Shown one piece after another: positions 34,239-42,319 of a DNA stretch of 64,000 nt; position 1 is the stretch's first letter, and the number at the start of each line of letters is the position of its first letter. The DNA comes from Thermoplasmata archaeon. Its GTDB lineage: Archaea > Thermoplasmatota > Thermoplasmata > Lutacidiplasmatales > UBA184. A program made the position numbers and the translations under genes. The notes below the pieces were generated by a model that made no database searches, had not been told where the DNA came from, and saw nothing but the letters and a program-made list of their open reading frames with translations. The stretch lies in the NCBI GenBank assembly GCA_021809545.1, contig JAKAYL010000002.1, forward strand, positions 78,411-142,410. Direction: 5' to 3'.

Positions 34239-34267
34239 CTTTCCACCCGATAGGACCCAAGATTACC

Positions 34268-34759
34268 ATGGAAGCTGAGAGCGGGAAAGAGAGCGATTCC
34301 CCGACCAAGGGAAAGTGGACCGGGTTCTTCCGAGGCATCTTCTCCCGGGAACCCACCGCCACGGAGGAGACTCCTGGCGAGGACGAGCCCGTCTCGCGCC
34401 CTACCCCTACGTCCACGAACGGGAACAAGGGAAAGCCGGTCGTGCTGACGACAGTGAACTTTTCCCGGGTCGTGGAGGAGAATCCCCGAGTGGTCGTCGA
34501 TTTCTGGGCGCCGTGGTGCCGACCCTGCCGTGCCCTCTCCCCCATCCTCGAGGCGACCGCCCACCGGATCCCGGACGGTGTCGTCGTGGGGAAGGTGAAC
34601 ATCGACCATCAGCCCACGCTCGCACGAAAGTGGAACGTGAAGAGCATCCCGACCCTCGTCGTCTTCTGCGAGGGGAAACCCGTGGACCGGATGGTCGGCG
34701 TCATCGGAGCCGAAGCGCTTCAGGCCAAACTCACTCGCTCCTTCAAACGCTGCGATTAG
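34268..34759 (+). CDS. thioredoxin with ~55-aa disordered N-terminal extension
   Basis: VVDFWAPWCRPCRALSPIL (WCxPC active site)...VGKVNIDHQPTLARKWNVKSIPTLVVF. Start set at ATG 34268; the track ORF begins at 34100. Confidence 0.85.
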   Translation: MEAESGKESDSPTKGKWTGFFRGIFSREPTATEETPGEDEPVSRPTPTSTNGNKGKPVVLTTVNFSRVVEENPRVVVDFWAPWCRPCRALSPILEATAHRIPDGVVVGKVNIDHQPTLARKWNVKSIPTLVVFCEGKPVDRMVGVIGAEALQAKLTRSFKRCD

Positions 34760-35475
34760 CGCCCCGGGAGAAGGTTCCTAGGGCGTCCCCCCTGTGGGAC
34801 CAGCTCCGCTTCCTCGACCATGAGGGTCGCTTGGGTCCCAGAACGGTAGATATGGCTCCGCACGAACTCGATCCGGGAGTCGAGGAAGGGTGCGTCAACG
34901 ACCAGGGACTCGTATTCCCCACCCTCCCCGGAGACATTGAACTCGCGGACGGAGGAAGAGAGCTGGGTCAGGTGCTCGAGGAGCGCCTCGTCGATGCGCC
35001 GGTCGAGGAGCTCCTCGGTCAGGGGTTCGCTGGCGACGGAGACGATCCGTGCATCGATCCCGGCGGAAATCATCTCTCGGAGGACTTCGGGCTGGGAGGC
35101 GCGCCACAGTGGTGCAAATATTTGGGTGCCTGTTTGGTGCGCTGCCTGCCACACTCGGGACCACTGGTACGTAGATTGGATGGCCCCCACGACGACCCCG
35201 TCAAGGCCCCGCTCGGCAACCCCGGAGAACGCTTCGACGAGCGCCTGGAGCTCGGCGGGCTCCCCCGTTCCGTGGACCTCGCCCCGGACGAACCGCTTTC
35301 CCCACGCCTTGGCGAGCAGCGGGACGCAGGAGAGATTGGGGGTGTGGAAGAGCATCGAATCGCTCTCGGAGGGAAAGAGGGTCAGGAGCTCCTCTACGGA
35401 CCACCCGTGCGTCTCGCACAGGTAGGCGGAGAACACCGAGTCCTTGCCGCCGGAGACGAGGGCGGCGAGCCTCAC
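34756..35475 (-). CDS. Dph6/MJ0570-like PP-loop ATP pyrophosphatase (diphthine-ammonia ligase family)
   Basis: GTG 35475 gives MRLAALVSGGKDS (PP-loop SGGKDS) and lies 5 nt after the purL stop. ...GAIQSTYQWSRV...FNVSGEGGEYESLVVDAP is typical of the family. Confidence 0.8.
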   Translation of the reverse strand: MRLAALVSGGKDSVFSAYLCETHGWSVEELLTLFPSESDSMLFHTPNLSCVPLLAKAWGKRFVRGEVHGTGEPAELQALVEAFSGVAERGLDGVVVGAIQSTYQWSRVWQAAHQTGTQIFAPLWRASQPEVLREMISAGIDARIVSVASEPLTEELLDRRIDEALLEHLTQLSSSVREFNVSGEGGEYESLVVDAPFLDSRIEFVRSHIYRSGTQATLMVEEAELVPQGGRPRNLLPGR

Positions 35476-35480
35476 CCGGC

Positions 35481-37799
35481 CTACCTCTCCCCGCGAAGGA
35501 AGTCCCGCCATTGCGGATAGAGGGCGGCGAGGTCTAGGCGCGCTTGGATCTTCCCTTCCGCCCGGTAGATCCCTTCCGAGGGGGTGACCTTTCCTATCTG
35601 CCGGAAGGCGAAGCGGGAGAGCGCGGACTCGACCTGGGAGGAGTGTCGCGGCTCCACCTCAAGGATCCATCGGGAGGTGCCCTCCGCCACAAGGGCCCGC
35701 CAGGCCGGGAGCCCCTTCCCCTCGGGGACGGTCACGTCGAAGCCCAGTCCCCGACCGAAGGCCATCTCCGGGAGGGCCACACCCAGCCCGCCCTCCGAGA
35801 GGTCGTGACAACTCCGAACCCATCCCTGCCGGGCCAGTTCTCCGATAGCCGTCCCCATCGCTCGGACCGTCGGGACGTCGCTAGGTGAGAGGGAGGTCTC
35901 GTGACCCCCAAAGATGCGCTGGTAGAGCGAACCCCCCAGCGAAGGGTCCGTTTCTCCTAGGAGATAGAGCAGGTTGCCCGGGGAATGGAGGGACGTCGTG
36001 ACCACCCGGTCCACGTCCGGATGTATCCCCACGGCGAGCACGACTGGGGTGGGAGGGATGCCCGACCCGAATCCTAGGTTGTAGAAGCTTACGTTCCCTG
36101 AAGGAACGGCCATGCCGAATCCCCGGGCTGCGGTGGCGAGCCCGCGGAGCGTGCTCTCGAAGTCACCCATCACCGCAGGGTCTTCCGGGTTCCCGAAGTT
36201 CAGGCAGTCGGTAAGGGCGTCTGGTCGGGCGCCCGTCGCATACAGGTTGCGGACGGCCTCGACCACCGCTTCGCTCCCGCCGACCTCAGGGTCGATGGCT
36301 CCCACGAACGGAAGGGAGGCCACGGCGAGGGCAAGTCCCTTGGGGCCCCGCGGATCGATCCGCAGGATCGTTGCATCGGAGTGGGTCGGTGTCCGAACAT
36401 CCCCGGAGACCGGGGCAACCTCCGTCCGACCCTGCACCTCGTGGTCGTAGAGCCGGACGACCGGTTCCCGACTGCACCCATCGTAGGAGAGCAGAAGGCG
36501 GGAGAGGATATCCTCCCAGGAGTTGGTGGGCGCGGGTAGAGGAGTCCCGTGGCTGCGACCGTGCTTCCGCACCGGGCGCTCCAACAGTATGGGATCCACC
36601 CGGAAGGGGACCTGAAGCCGGGCGATAAGTTTCCCCTTCCAGTACAGGCGTTCCCAAGGCGCCTCGGCGACTTCGCCGATGACGGAGACCGGGACTTCGT
36701 GGAGATGGAAGAGCGTCTCAACGGCCGGGACGTTCTCGGGCTTCACCGAGAGGAGCATCCGTTCTTGGCTCTCGGAGACCCAGATCTCCCAGGGTTCGAG
36801 CCCCTTCTCCCGCACCGGAACCCGGTCCAAGTGAAGGATGGAACCGAACCCGCCGGCGCTGACGAGCTCCCCGGAGGAGGTGGCGAGCCCTCCGCCCCCC
36901 AGGTCCTTCATCCCCGAGACAAGTCCTGCTTCGACCGCAGCGAGGACCGCGTGGATGAGGGGTTCCTTCATGATCGGGTTCCCGAGTTGCACGGCCGGGC
37001 GGGATTCCTTCTCGCTCTTTCCCGAAAGCTCCTTCGAGGCAAAGGAAACTCCACCGATACCATCGCGGCCGGTCAGCCCGCCGGCGAGCACGAGCTTCTC
37101 CCCCAAGGCACCCACGCGGTTCTTCACGAGGTCCTTGCGGCGGAGGAGACCGACGCAGCCCACGTTCACCAACGGGTTCCCGATGTAGGAGCGGTCAAAG
37201 GTGAGCGACCCGCTCACCGTGGGGACCCCGACCCGGTTCCCGTAGTCTGCGATCCCCGAGACCACATGCTGGAACAGGTAGCGGGGGTGCTTCACCCCGT
37301 CCGGGAGATCCTTTCGCGGGAGGTCCATCGGACCGAAGAAGAGGGGATCCGCTAGGGCCACCGGTTTTGCGCCCATGGCCAGGACGTCCCGCAGGATCCC
37401 TCCGATCCCCGTGGCCGCCCCCCCGTAGGGCTCGATGGCGCTCGGATGATTGTGGGACTCGATGCGAAGGGCGTACGCCCACTCCTCGTCGATCGGCATG
37501 ACCCCGGCGTCACCCATCGCCAGCGACCGCGCGTTGTCCGTGAGGAGGGCGAGGTACTTCTTGATCCATATCTTTGAGGACTTGTACGAGCAGTGCTCGC
37601 TCCAGGACTGCGCGATCCCCGCCAGCTCGACGAGGGTCGGGTCCCGGCCCTCCTTCGAGAAGTACTCTCGCAACCGCTCGATCTCCGGTGGCGAGAACCC
37701 GAGACGAAACTCCGAGAGAAGACGGGTCAGCTCGGGCAAGGGGGTCTTCAGCATGGGGAGAGTGGGGCCCTCCGGGATATCCCGCTCCGACTGGGTCAT
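35481..37799 (-). CDS. purL: phosphoribosylformylglycinamidine synthase II
   Basis: Start ATG 37799 lies 2 nt after the purS stop. ...LVELAGIAQSWSEHCSYK...ESHNHPSAIEPYGGAATGIGGILRD and the duplicated AIR-synthase-like domains. Confidence 0.95.
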   Translation of the reverse strand: MTQSERDIPEGPTLPMLKTPLPELTRLLSEFRLGFSPPEIERLREYFSKEGRDPTLVELAGIAQSWSEHCSYKSSKIWIKKYLALLTDNARSLAMGDAGVMPIDEEWAYALRIESHNHPSAIEPYGGAATGIGGILRDVLAMGAKPVALADPLFFGPMDLPRKDLPDGVKHPRYLFQHVVSGIADYGNRVGVPTVSGSLTFDRSYIGNPLVNVGCVGLLRRKDLVKNRVGALGEKLVLAGGLTGRDGIGGVSFASKELSGKSEKESRPAVQLGNPIMKEPLIHAVLAAVEAGLVSGMKDLGGGGLATSSGELVSAGGFGSILHLDRVPVREKGLEPWEIWVSESQERMLLSVKPENVPAVETLFHLHEVPVSVIGEVAEAPWERLYWKGKLIARLQVPFRVDPILLERPVRKHGRSHGTPLPAPTNSWEDILSRLLLSYDGCSREPVVRLYDHEVQGRTEVAPVSGDVRTPTHSDATILRIDPRGPKGLALAVASLPFVGAIDPEVGGSEAVVEAVRNLYATGARPDALTDCLNFGNPEDPAVMGDFESTLRGLATAARGFGMAVPSGNVSFYNLGFGSGIPPTPVVLAVGIHPDVDRVVTTSLHSPGNLLYLLGETDPSLGGSLYQRIFGGHETSLSPSDVPTVRAMGTAIGELARQGWVRSCHDLSEGGLGVALPEMAFGRGLGFDVTVPEGKGLPAWRALVAEGTSRWILEVEPRHSSQVESALSRFAFRQIGKVTPSEGIYRAEGKIQARLDLAALYPQWRDFLRGER

Positions 37800-37801
37800 G
37801 G

Positions 37802-38074
37802 TCAGTGTTCGAGCGCCCGAAGCGAGACCTGGTGGATCACAGGGTTGGCGAGAAGTCGCTCCACGCATTCGCGAGCCCGGTCCATCGCCGCCTCGGCGTC
37901 GATCCCCGTGAAGGTGAGCTCGTAGACCCGGGCGATGTGAACCCCGTCCAGGTCCTTGACTCCCAGGAGGCCCAGGGCTTTCTCCGTCGAGAGAGCTTCG
38001 GCATCCATGACCCCAGGTTTGAGCTCGACTCGCACCTCCACACGCCGCGGGGGCGTTCCCTTGGCCTTCCCCAT
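37802..38074 (-). CDS. purS: phosphoribosylformylglycinamidine synthase subunit PurS
   Basis: 90 aa: VEVRVELKPGVMDAEALSTEKALGLLG...ELTFTGIDAEAAMDRARECVERLLANPVIH. It lies directly upstream of purL. Confidence 0.85.
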   Translation of the reverse strand: MGKAKGTPPRRVEVRVELKPGVMDAEALSTEKALGLLGVKDLDGVHIARVYELTFTGIDAEAAMDRARECVERLLANPVIHQVSLRALEH

Positions 38075-38466
38075 CAGGGGGACGAGAAAAACCGGTACGT
38101 ATTAGGCTGACGGTTTACTAGTTGTCCTTGTCCATGTCGTTCAGGAACGTTCGGAGGAAACTCGTGGCTCGTTCCATATCGCCGTCCCGGAGGAGCAAGA
38201 AACCGCGGCAGAGTTGGGCCAAATGGAAACGACGGCGGTCATCAAGACCCCCGCTTCCCTCGCGCGAGCTCTGAGCCATCGTACCCTGTCCCTATGTAAG
38301 AAAGGGGAAGGAAATCAAGGCGGACCCGGACATGTTCGGTATGACATGCCATGTCGAGGCAATACTTGCCCCGCTGCCCTGCATGCAAGACCCCTTTCCG
38401 GAGGCGGGCGGGGGTCCCGTGCCGTGCGAGCAAGCGGCCGCACCTACCTAGTTCGCCACCGATACC

Positions 38467-38473
38467 ATTTTAG
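38467..38473 (+). promoter_or_regulatory. TATA-like box (ATTTTAG) for tRNA-Val
   Basis: 27 nt upstream of the tRNA 5' end at 38500. Confidence 0.4.
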
Positions 38474-38499
38474 CCTTGCGGAAATACCTGAGCGAACGC

Positions 38500-38572
38500 G
38501 GGCGCGTGGTCTAGCGGTTATGACGTCTCCCTGACACGGAGGAGGTCCCCAGTTCAAATCTGGGCGCGCCCA
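38500..38572 (+). tRNA. tRNA-Val (anticodon GAC)
   Basis: Hand-folded cloverleaf. Acceptor GGGCGCG/CGCGCCC, anticodon stem TCTCC/GGAGG with loop CTGACAC, variable loop AGGTC, T arm CCCAG-TTCAAAT-CTGGG, discriminator A. No encoded CCA. Confidence 0.9.
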
Positions 38573-38687
38573 TGGAGACTTCTTCCATCCCCCCACCGGA
38601 TTCGAGCCATTTCCTCGGGGGACTCATCTTCGGTGTCCCGCCAGGCCGGGAGAACCGGGGCGAAATTCCCGGATGTCCGGATCTTGT

Positions 38688-39299
38688 TCAGGTGGGGGAA
38701 GTTCCCGGTGGGTTCGATGGAGTGGACAAGAGAGAAGCGCAGACCTTGCAAAGGAAGATCTTGAGGACGAACTCCTTCTCGATCCTCTCGACATCGTTCC
38801 CCGCGGGGTTGAGCTGGTAGAAGGGTGCGTAGAGCAGGATCTCCCGCAGTGAGAAGGGCAGGGAGACCTCGGTCCGCGGCTTGTCCTTGAGCAGGTCGAG
38901 CGCGGCCTTGACCCGCTGCAGTTCCAGTTCCAGGTGCCGGATGGTAAGGCGGGACTGCGCAGAGAGGGTGTGGCTCTGAGCCATCTCCGGTTCGGTGCTG
39001 AAGAGCGTCGGCCACACTTCCTTCAAGCCCGGGATGAATTCCATCATCGCTTCCGGCTCCCGGATCGCGGTCTCCCATGAGATGTCCTTCTTCAGCTTCT
39101 TCTGAAAGGATTCCAAGGCGGAGATCTGCTTCTGGATCTCCTTGACCTTCTTCTGGAGGTCGGTGACCTGACCGACCGTGGACTTGGCGATCTCGGCCAG
39201 TTCTTCTTGGAAGAACTGTCCCACCTCCGTCTTTGAACGGCGGCACACGTAGCATCTCTCTTCCGGAGTTGGCGACGGTCGGTCTTTCTTCGACGGCAT
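38688..39299 (-). CDS. hypothetical coiled-coil protein with terminal CxxC pairs
   Basis: 203 aa, Lys/Glu-rich and heptad-like (VTDLQKKVKEIQKQISALESFQKKLKK). CYVC near the N-terminus and CKVC near the C-terminus. A TTTTATA box lies 29 nt upstream of ATG 39299. The overlapping 38554..39309 frame is Arg/Gly/Pro junk. Confidence 0.55.
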   Translation of the reverse strand: MPSKKDRPSPTPEERCYVCRRSKTEVGQFFQEELAEIAKSTVGQVTDLQKKVKEIQKQISALESFQKKLKKDISWETAIREPEAMMEFIPGLKEVWPTLFSTEPEMAQSHTLSAQSRLTIRHLELELQRVKAALDLLKDKPRTEVSLPFSLREILLYAPFYQLNPAGNDVERIEKEFVLKIFLCKVCASLLSTPSNPPGTSPT

Positions 39300-39449
39300 G
39301 AGGACTCAACCGTGCAATGTTCTATCGTATAAAACGGAACCCTGGCTCGGGTTTCCCCCTCGGCCCAGACCGGTCCCGATCCTGGGATCTCGACGGTTCT
39401 CGGAAGAGGCAGGGGCCGTCCTGCACGCCGACAAAGACAGGCTAGACCC

Positions 39450-41360
39450 TCAGATCTCCTTCATCAGGTCCTTTGTCCGCCGGTGGGATTGCCGCCAGCG
39501 GCGGTAGCAGAGATAGGCGACGAAGACTCCTGCGACAGCCCCCGCCACGAGGGCGAGGAAGCCCGGCAAGCCGAGCCCCAGTGGATTCAACCACCAGGGA
39601 ACGGTGCTGGCGGGCACGATAGATATCGAGATGGGGGCGCTCGACACCGTCGTCCCGTTCATGGTGACGTTCACCGTGAGGAACAACAATCCCACGATGT
39701 TCCCTGCCCGGAAGGTCGTCGAGCTCGAGAGGGGGGAGGCGAGCGTGCCCAAGGCCGGGCGGTCAAGCCACCAAAGATAACCGAAGTGGGTCGTCGGGCA
39801 GAGATAGGTGCAGACCACGGTCGCCTCAAACGCAACCGAGGTCGAGCCCTCCCCCACCGTGGCCTGGGTCGGGGTGACCTGCACGGACTTGATCGTGATG
39901 TTCGTCACCGTGATGCGGAGGGGGTTGCTCTGGTTGGTCGCCGAGGTGTTGTCAGTGACATTGACCCGGGCCTCATACGTCCCCGGGCGGGAATAGGTGA
40001 CGTTCGGGTTCTGGAGGGCGCTGGTCCCTCCGTTGCCGAAGCTCCACGCCCACCGGGTGTAAAAGCCCGTGCCACCGAAGGGAAGGGCCGTGAAGTTCAC
40101 CTTGAGCCAAGCGGGTCCGGAGGGGGGGCTTGCGATCGCCTGGACCGAGAGGGGGACGAACCCCCCGCCCGGGATGACGCTCACGTTATTCGAGTACCAG
40201 TTCGCAACATAGATGTTCCCGTTCCGGGGATCGAAGGTCGGAGTGGTGGGGGTGTTCCCCACGGGGATGACCGCAAAGCGGGTGATGCCGAGGATCACGC
40301 TCACGTTGGTGGCCCGGTAGTTCGGAACGTAGACGTTCCCGTTCTGCGGGTCGTACGTTGGGGTGTAGGAGGTGGAACCGGACGGGATCTGGGCCAGGAC
40401 TTGGGAGGTCTTCCCGGAAAGGACCGTGACGTACGGGTCCCCGTTGCTCGGTACGTAGATGTCTTCGTCCATGGCATCGAAGGCGGGGGTGGTGGGCTGC
40501 CGCTTGACGTCGATGTTGGCGACCACACGGTTCGTGGTCCCCGAGATGACGGTCACGTTGTTCGACACGTAGCAGGGAACGTAGAGGTCCCCGTTCACGG
40601 GGTCGTACAGGGGAGTGTAGGGATGCTGGCCCACGGCAACGGTGGCGGCCACGGTGTTCGAGGTCCCGTTGAGGACGGACACCGTGTCGGAATAGACGTT
40701 CGGCACGTAGATGTCACCGTTGGCGGGGTCGTAGGTGGCCCCGGTGGGACCGACCCCGACCGGGATGGTGGCCACGACCGAGTTGGTCGCCCCGGTGATG
40801 ACCGTCACGCTCGACGAGGAGAAGTCCGGGAAGTAGAGAAACCCGTTCCCGGCATCGTAGGCCCCGACATAGGGATGCACGCCCACCGAGAGGGTGGCGA
40901 TCACGGAGACCGAGGCCCCGTCGACCACCGTCACGGAAGTCCCGTTGAGGTCGGGGATGTACATGTTGCCGTTGGCCGGGTCGTAGGTGGGGGTCTCCGG
41001 GAAGGCCCCCGCGGGAAGGGTCTTCAGGACCGTGTCGGAGGCCCCGTCGATGACGCTGACCGTGTTGTCGAAGCTGTTCGCCACGTAGAGGTACCCCATC
41101 GCCGTATCCACGGTCGGCGTCTCGGGAAGACGACCGACGGGGAGGGACGACGTCACGCAGTTCGTGCATCCGGGAATTGCTCCGGGAGAGTTCCCGGAGA
41201 CAGCCAGAACCTGAGCCGTGCTCTCGAAGGACGCGCCGGGAAGGACGCTCGAACGAATCGGGCCCGAAGGAGGAAGAACGAGGAGCGAGGATAGCACCAC
41301 TACGAAAGCAAGCGCGGAGGGGACGAACTTTCCCTCCCGCGCTCGGTCCCAGAACGCCAC
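39450..41360 (-). CDS. YVTN-repeat beta-propeller / PKD-domain surface protein with C-terminal TM anchor
   Basis: Start set at GVG-free GTG 41360 (MAFWDRAREGKFVPSALAFVVVLSSLLVL, signal-like). About nine ~40-aa repeats of the type P..P.YD..NG.(L/I)YV.N..S..VSVI.G..N.V. Then a PKD-like domain (WSFGNGGTSALQNPNVTYSRPGTYEARVNVTDN), an Ig-like domain, and TM GFLALVAGAVAGVFVAYL. Confidence 0.8.
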   Translation of the reverse strand: MAFWDRAREGKFVPSALAFVVVLSSLLVLPPSGPIRSSVLPGASFESTAQVLAVSGNSPGAIPGCTNCVTSSLPVGRLPETPTVDTAMGYLYVANSFDNTVSVIDGASDTVLKTLPAGAFPETPTYDPANGNMYIPDLNGTSVTVVDGASVSVIATLSVGVHPYVGAYDAGNGFLYFPDFSSSSVTVITGATNSVVATIPVGVGPTGATYDPANGDIYVPNVYSDTVSVLNGTSNTVAATVAVGQHPYTPLYDPVNGDLYVPCYVSNNVTVISGTTNRVVANIDVKRQPTTPAFDAMDEDIYVPSNGDPYVTVLSGKTSQVLAQIPSGSTSYTPTYDPQNGNVYVPNYRATNVSVILGITRFAVIPVGNTPTTPTFDPRNGNIYVANWYSNNVSVIPGGGFVPLSVQAIASPPSGPAWLKVNFTALPFGGTGFYTRWAWSFGNGGTSALQNPNVTYSRPGTYEARVNVTDNTSATNQSNPLRITVTNITIKSVQVTPTQATVGEGSTSVAFEATVVCTYLCPTTHFGYLWWLDRPALGTLASPLSSSTTFRAGNIVGLLFLTVNVTMNGTTVSSAPISISIVPASTVPWWLNPLGLGLPGFLALVAGAVAGVFVAYLCYRRWRQSHRRTKDLMKEI

Positions 41361-41507
41361 AATAAGAATAGACAGGGGGAGGTATTTGTACTCTCGGTCC
41401 TGGCCGAGGGCGTGCTTCCGCCCTCGGTGAGGGAGGGAACTGCCCGAGGCCGGGCCGAATCCACCGAAAGCATTACATACGCTCGGGGGCCTTTTACCGG
41501 TGGGGTT

Positions 41508-42179
41508 ATGAGAAGGGTTCTCCGTCGCCGTCTGCGTCTTCGCCGGGCGGTCACTCCCATCATCGCGACGATCCTTCTCCTTGCACTGACGATCGTGGCC
41601 GCAGGGGTCCTCTACGCGTCCCTCACGCTCAACCTGCCTCCCCAGGCGACCAACCTCTACTACTCGGTGGGGACCCCTTTCCAAGAGCCCGCCTACGGGG
41701 ACGGGTCGGACTGCACGCTGAACAAGACGACCGGCCAGGAGATGTGCCAGTCCATCCCGGCCGTTCGGATCCTCATCACCGGGACCGTGCCCAGCAATGG
41801 CATCCCGACCTCGTCGGTCACCTTTGTGTTTCAGTGCAATGGCACGACCTACCTCCGGGGAACCCTGCAGGCCATCACGTGGGTCCCGGGATCGAGCAGC
41901 CCGGTGCCCAGCACGGCCCCCCAGCTCGGCATGTGCGGGAGCTTCGTTCCTCCCAAGGCCAGTTTCAACCGCCTGGCGTTCTTCCAGCAACTCACTCCCG
42001 GCTCGCCGGTCATCCATGTGGGGGACTCGATCGTGTTCTTCGTGGGCACCATCCCAGGGGACGACGATTTCCATGGCGCCCCATCCTGGTGCTTCACCTC
42101 TGGGGACTCCGCCTGCACGATCATTCTGATCGGCCCCTCGGGACCCGTGGCTACCATCCCCATCGAGAACTTCTTGTGA
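41508..42179 (+). CDS. archaeal type IV pilin-like protein (canonical class III signal peptide)
   Basis: ATG 41508 lies 29 nt after a TTACATA box. MRRVLRRRLRLRRAVTPIIATILLLALTIVAAGVLYA is the classic archaeal pilin/DUF1628-type N-terminus. Confidence 0.7.
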   Translation: MRRVLRRRLRLRRAVTPIIATILLLALTIVAAGVLYASLTLNLPPQATNLYYSVGTPFQEPAYGDGSDCTLNKTTGQEMCQSIPAVRILITGTVPSNGIPTSSVTFVFQCNGTTYLRGTLQAITWVPGSSSPVPSTAPQLGMCGSFVPPKASFNRLAFFQQLTPGSPVIHVGDSIVFFVGTIPGDDDFHGAPSWCFTSGDSACTIILIGPSGPVATIPIENFL

Positions 42180-42285
42180 CCCTGGGGAGACCCCCTCCAC
42201 GACTTCAGTGATTGAGTCCGACCGACGGCTTCCTCCAATTCCTTGAGGAGAACGCACGGCGACCCTCGGCCGCGCGGGCCAGTTC

Positions 42286-42291
42286 TTATAT
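42286..42291 (+). promoter_or_regulatory. TATA box (TTATAT) for thrS
   Basis: The CTTATATGC context is identical to the tRNA-Gly promoter. It lies 25 nt upstream of GTG 42316. Confidence 0.45.
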
Positions 42292-42319
42292 GCCGACCCC
42301 TGTTCTCGGGGAAGGGTGA

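Noticed and set aside
38130-38245. Possible box C/D sRNA (UGAUGA on the minus strand near 38240 and CUGA near 38135)
   Set aside because: The boxes are ~100 nt apart, there are no internal C'/D' boxes, and there is no terminal stem. Archaeal C/D sRNAs are usually 50-70 nt. The same stretch is better explained by the candidate 53-aa ORF, or by nothing.
38214-38534. 106-aa ORF running into tRNA-Val
   Set aside because: It overlaps the tRNA promoter and the first half of the tRNA. It has no coding-like composition.
39900-41150. Apparent DNA tandem repeat in the YVTN region
   Set aside because: The periodicity is at the protein level (about 40-aa blades). The nucleotide copies are diverged, with no exact direct repeats, so this is not a satellite or CRISPR-like array.
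41361-42257. N-terminal ~300 aa of the 935-aa track ORF 39450..42257
   Set aside because: This part is Arg/Gly/Asp-rich junk and overlaps a well-formed plus-strand pilin gene (41508..42179). A signal-peptide-like start (GTG 41360) with an upstream AT-rich box gives a coherent secreted YVTN/PKD protein.
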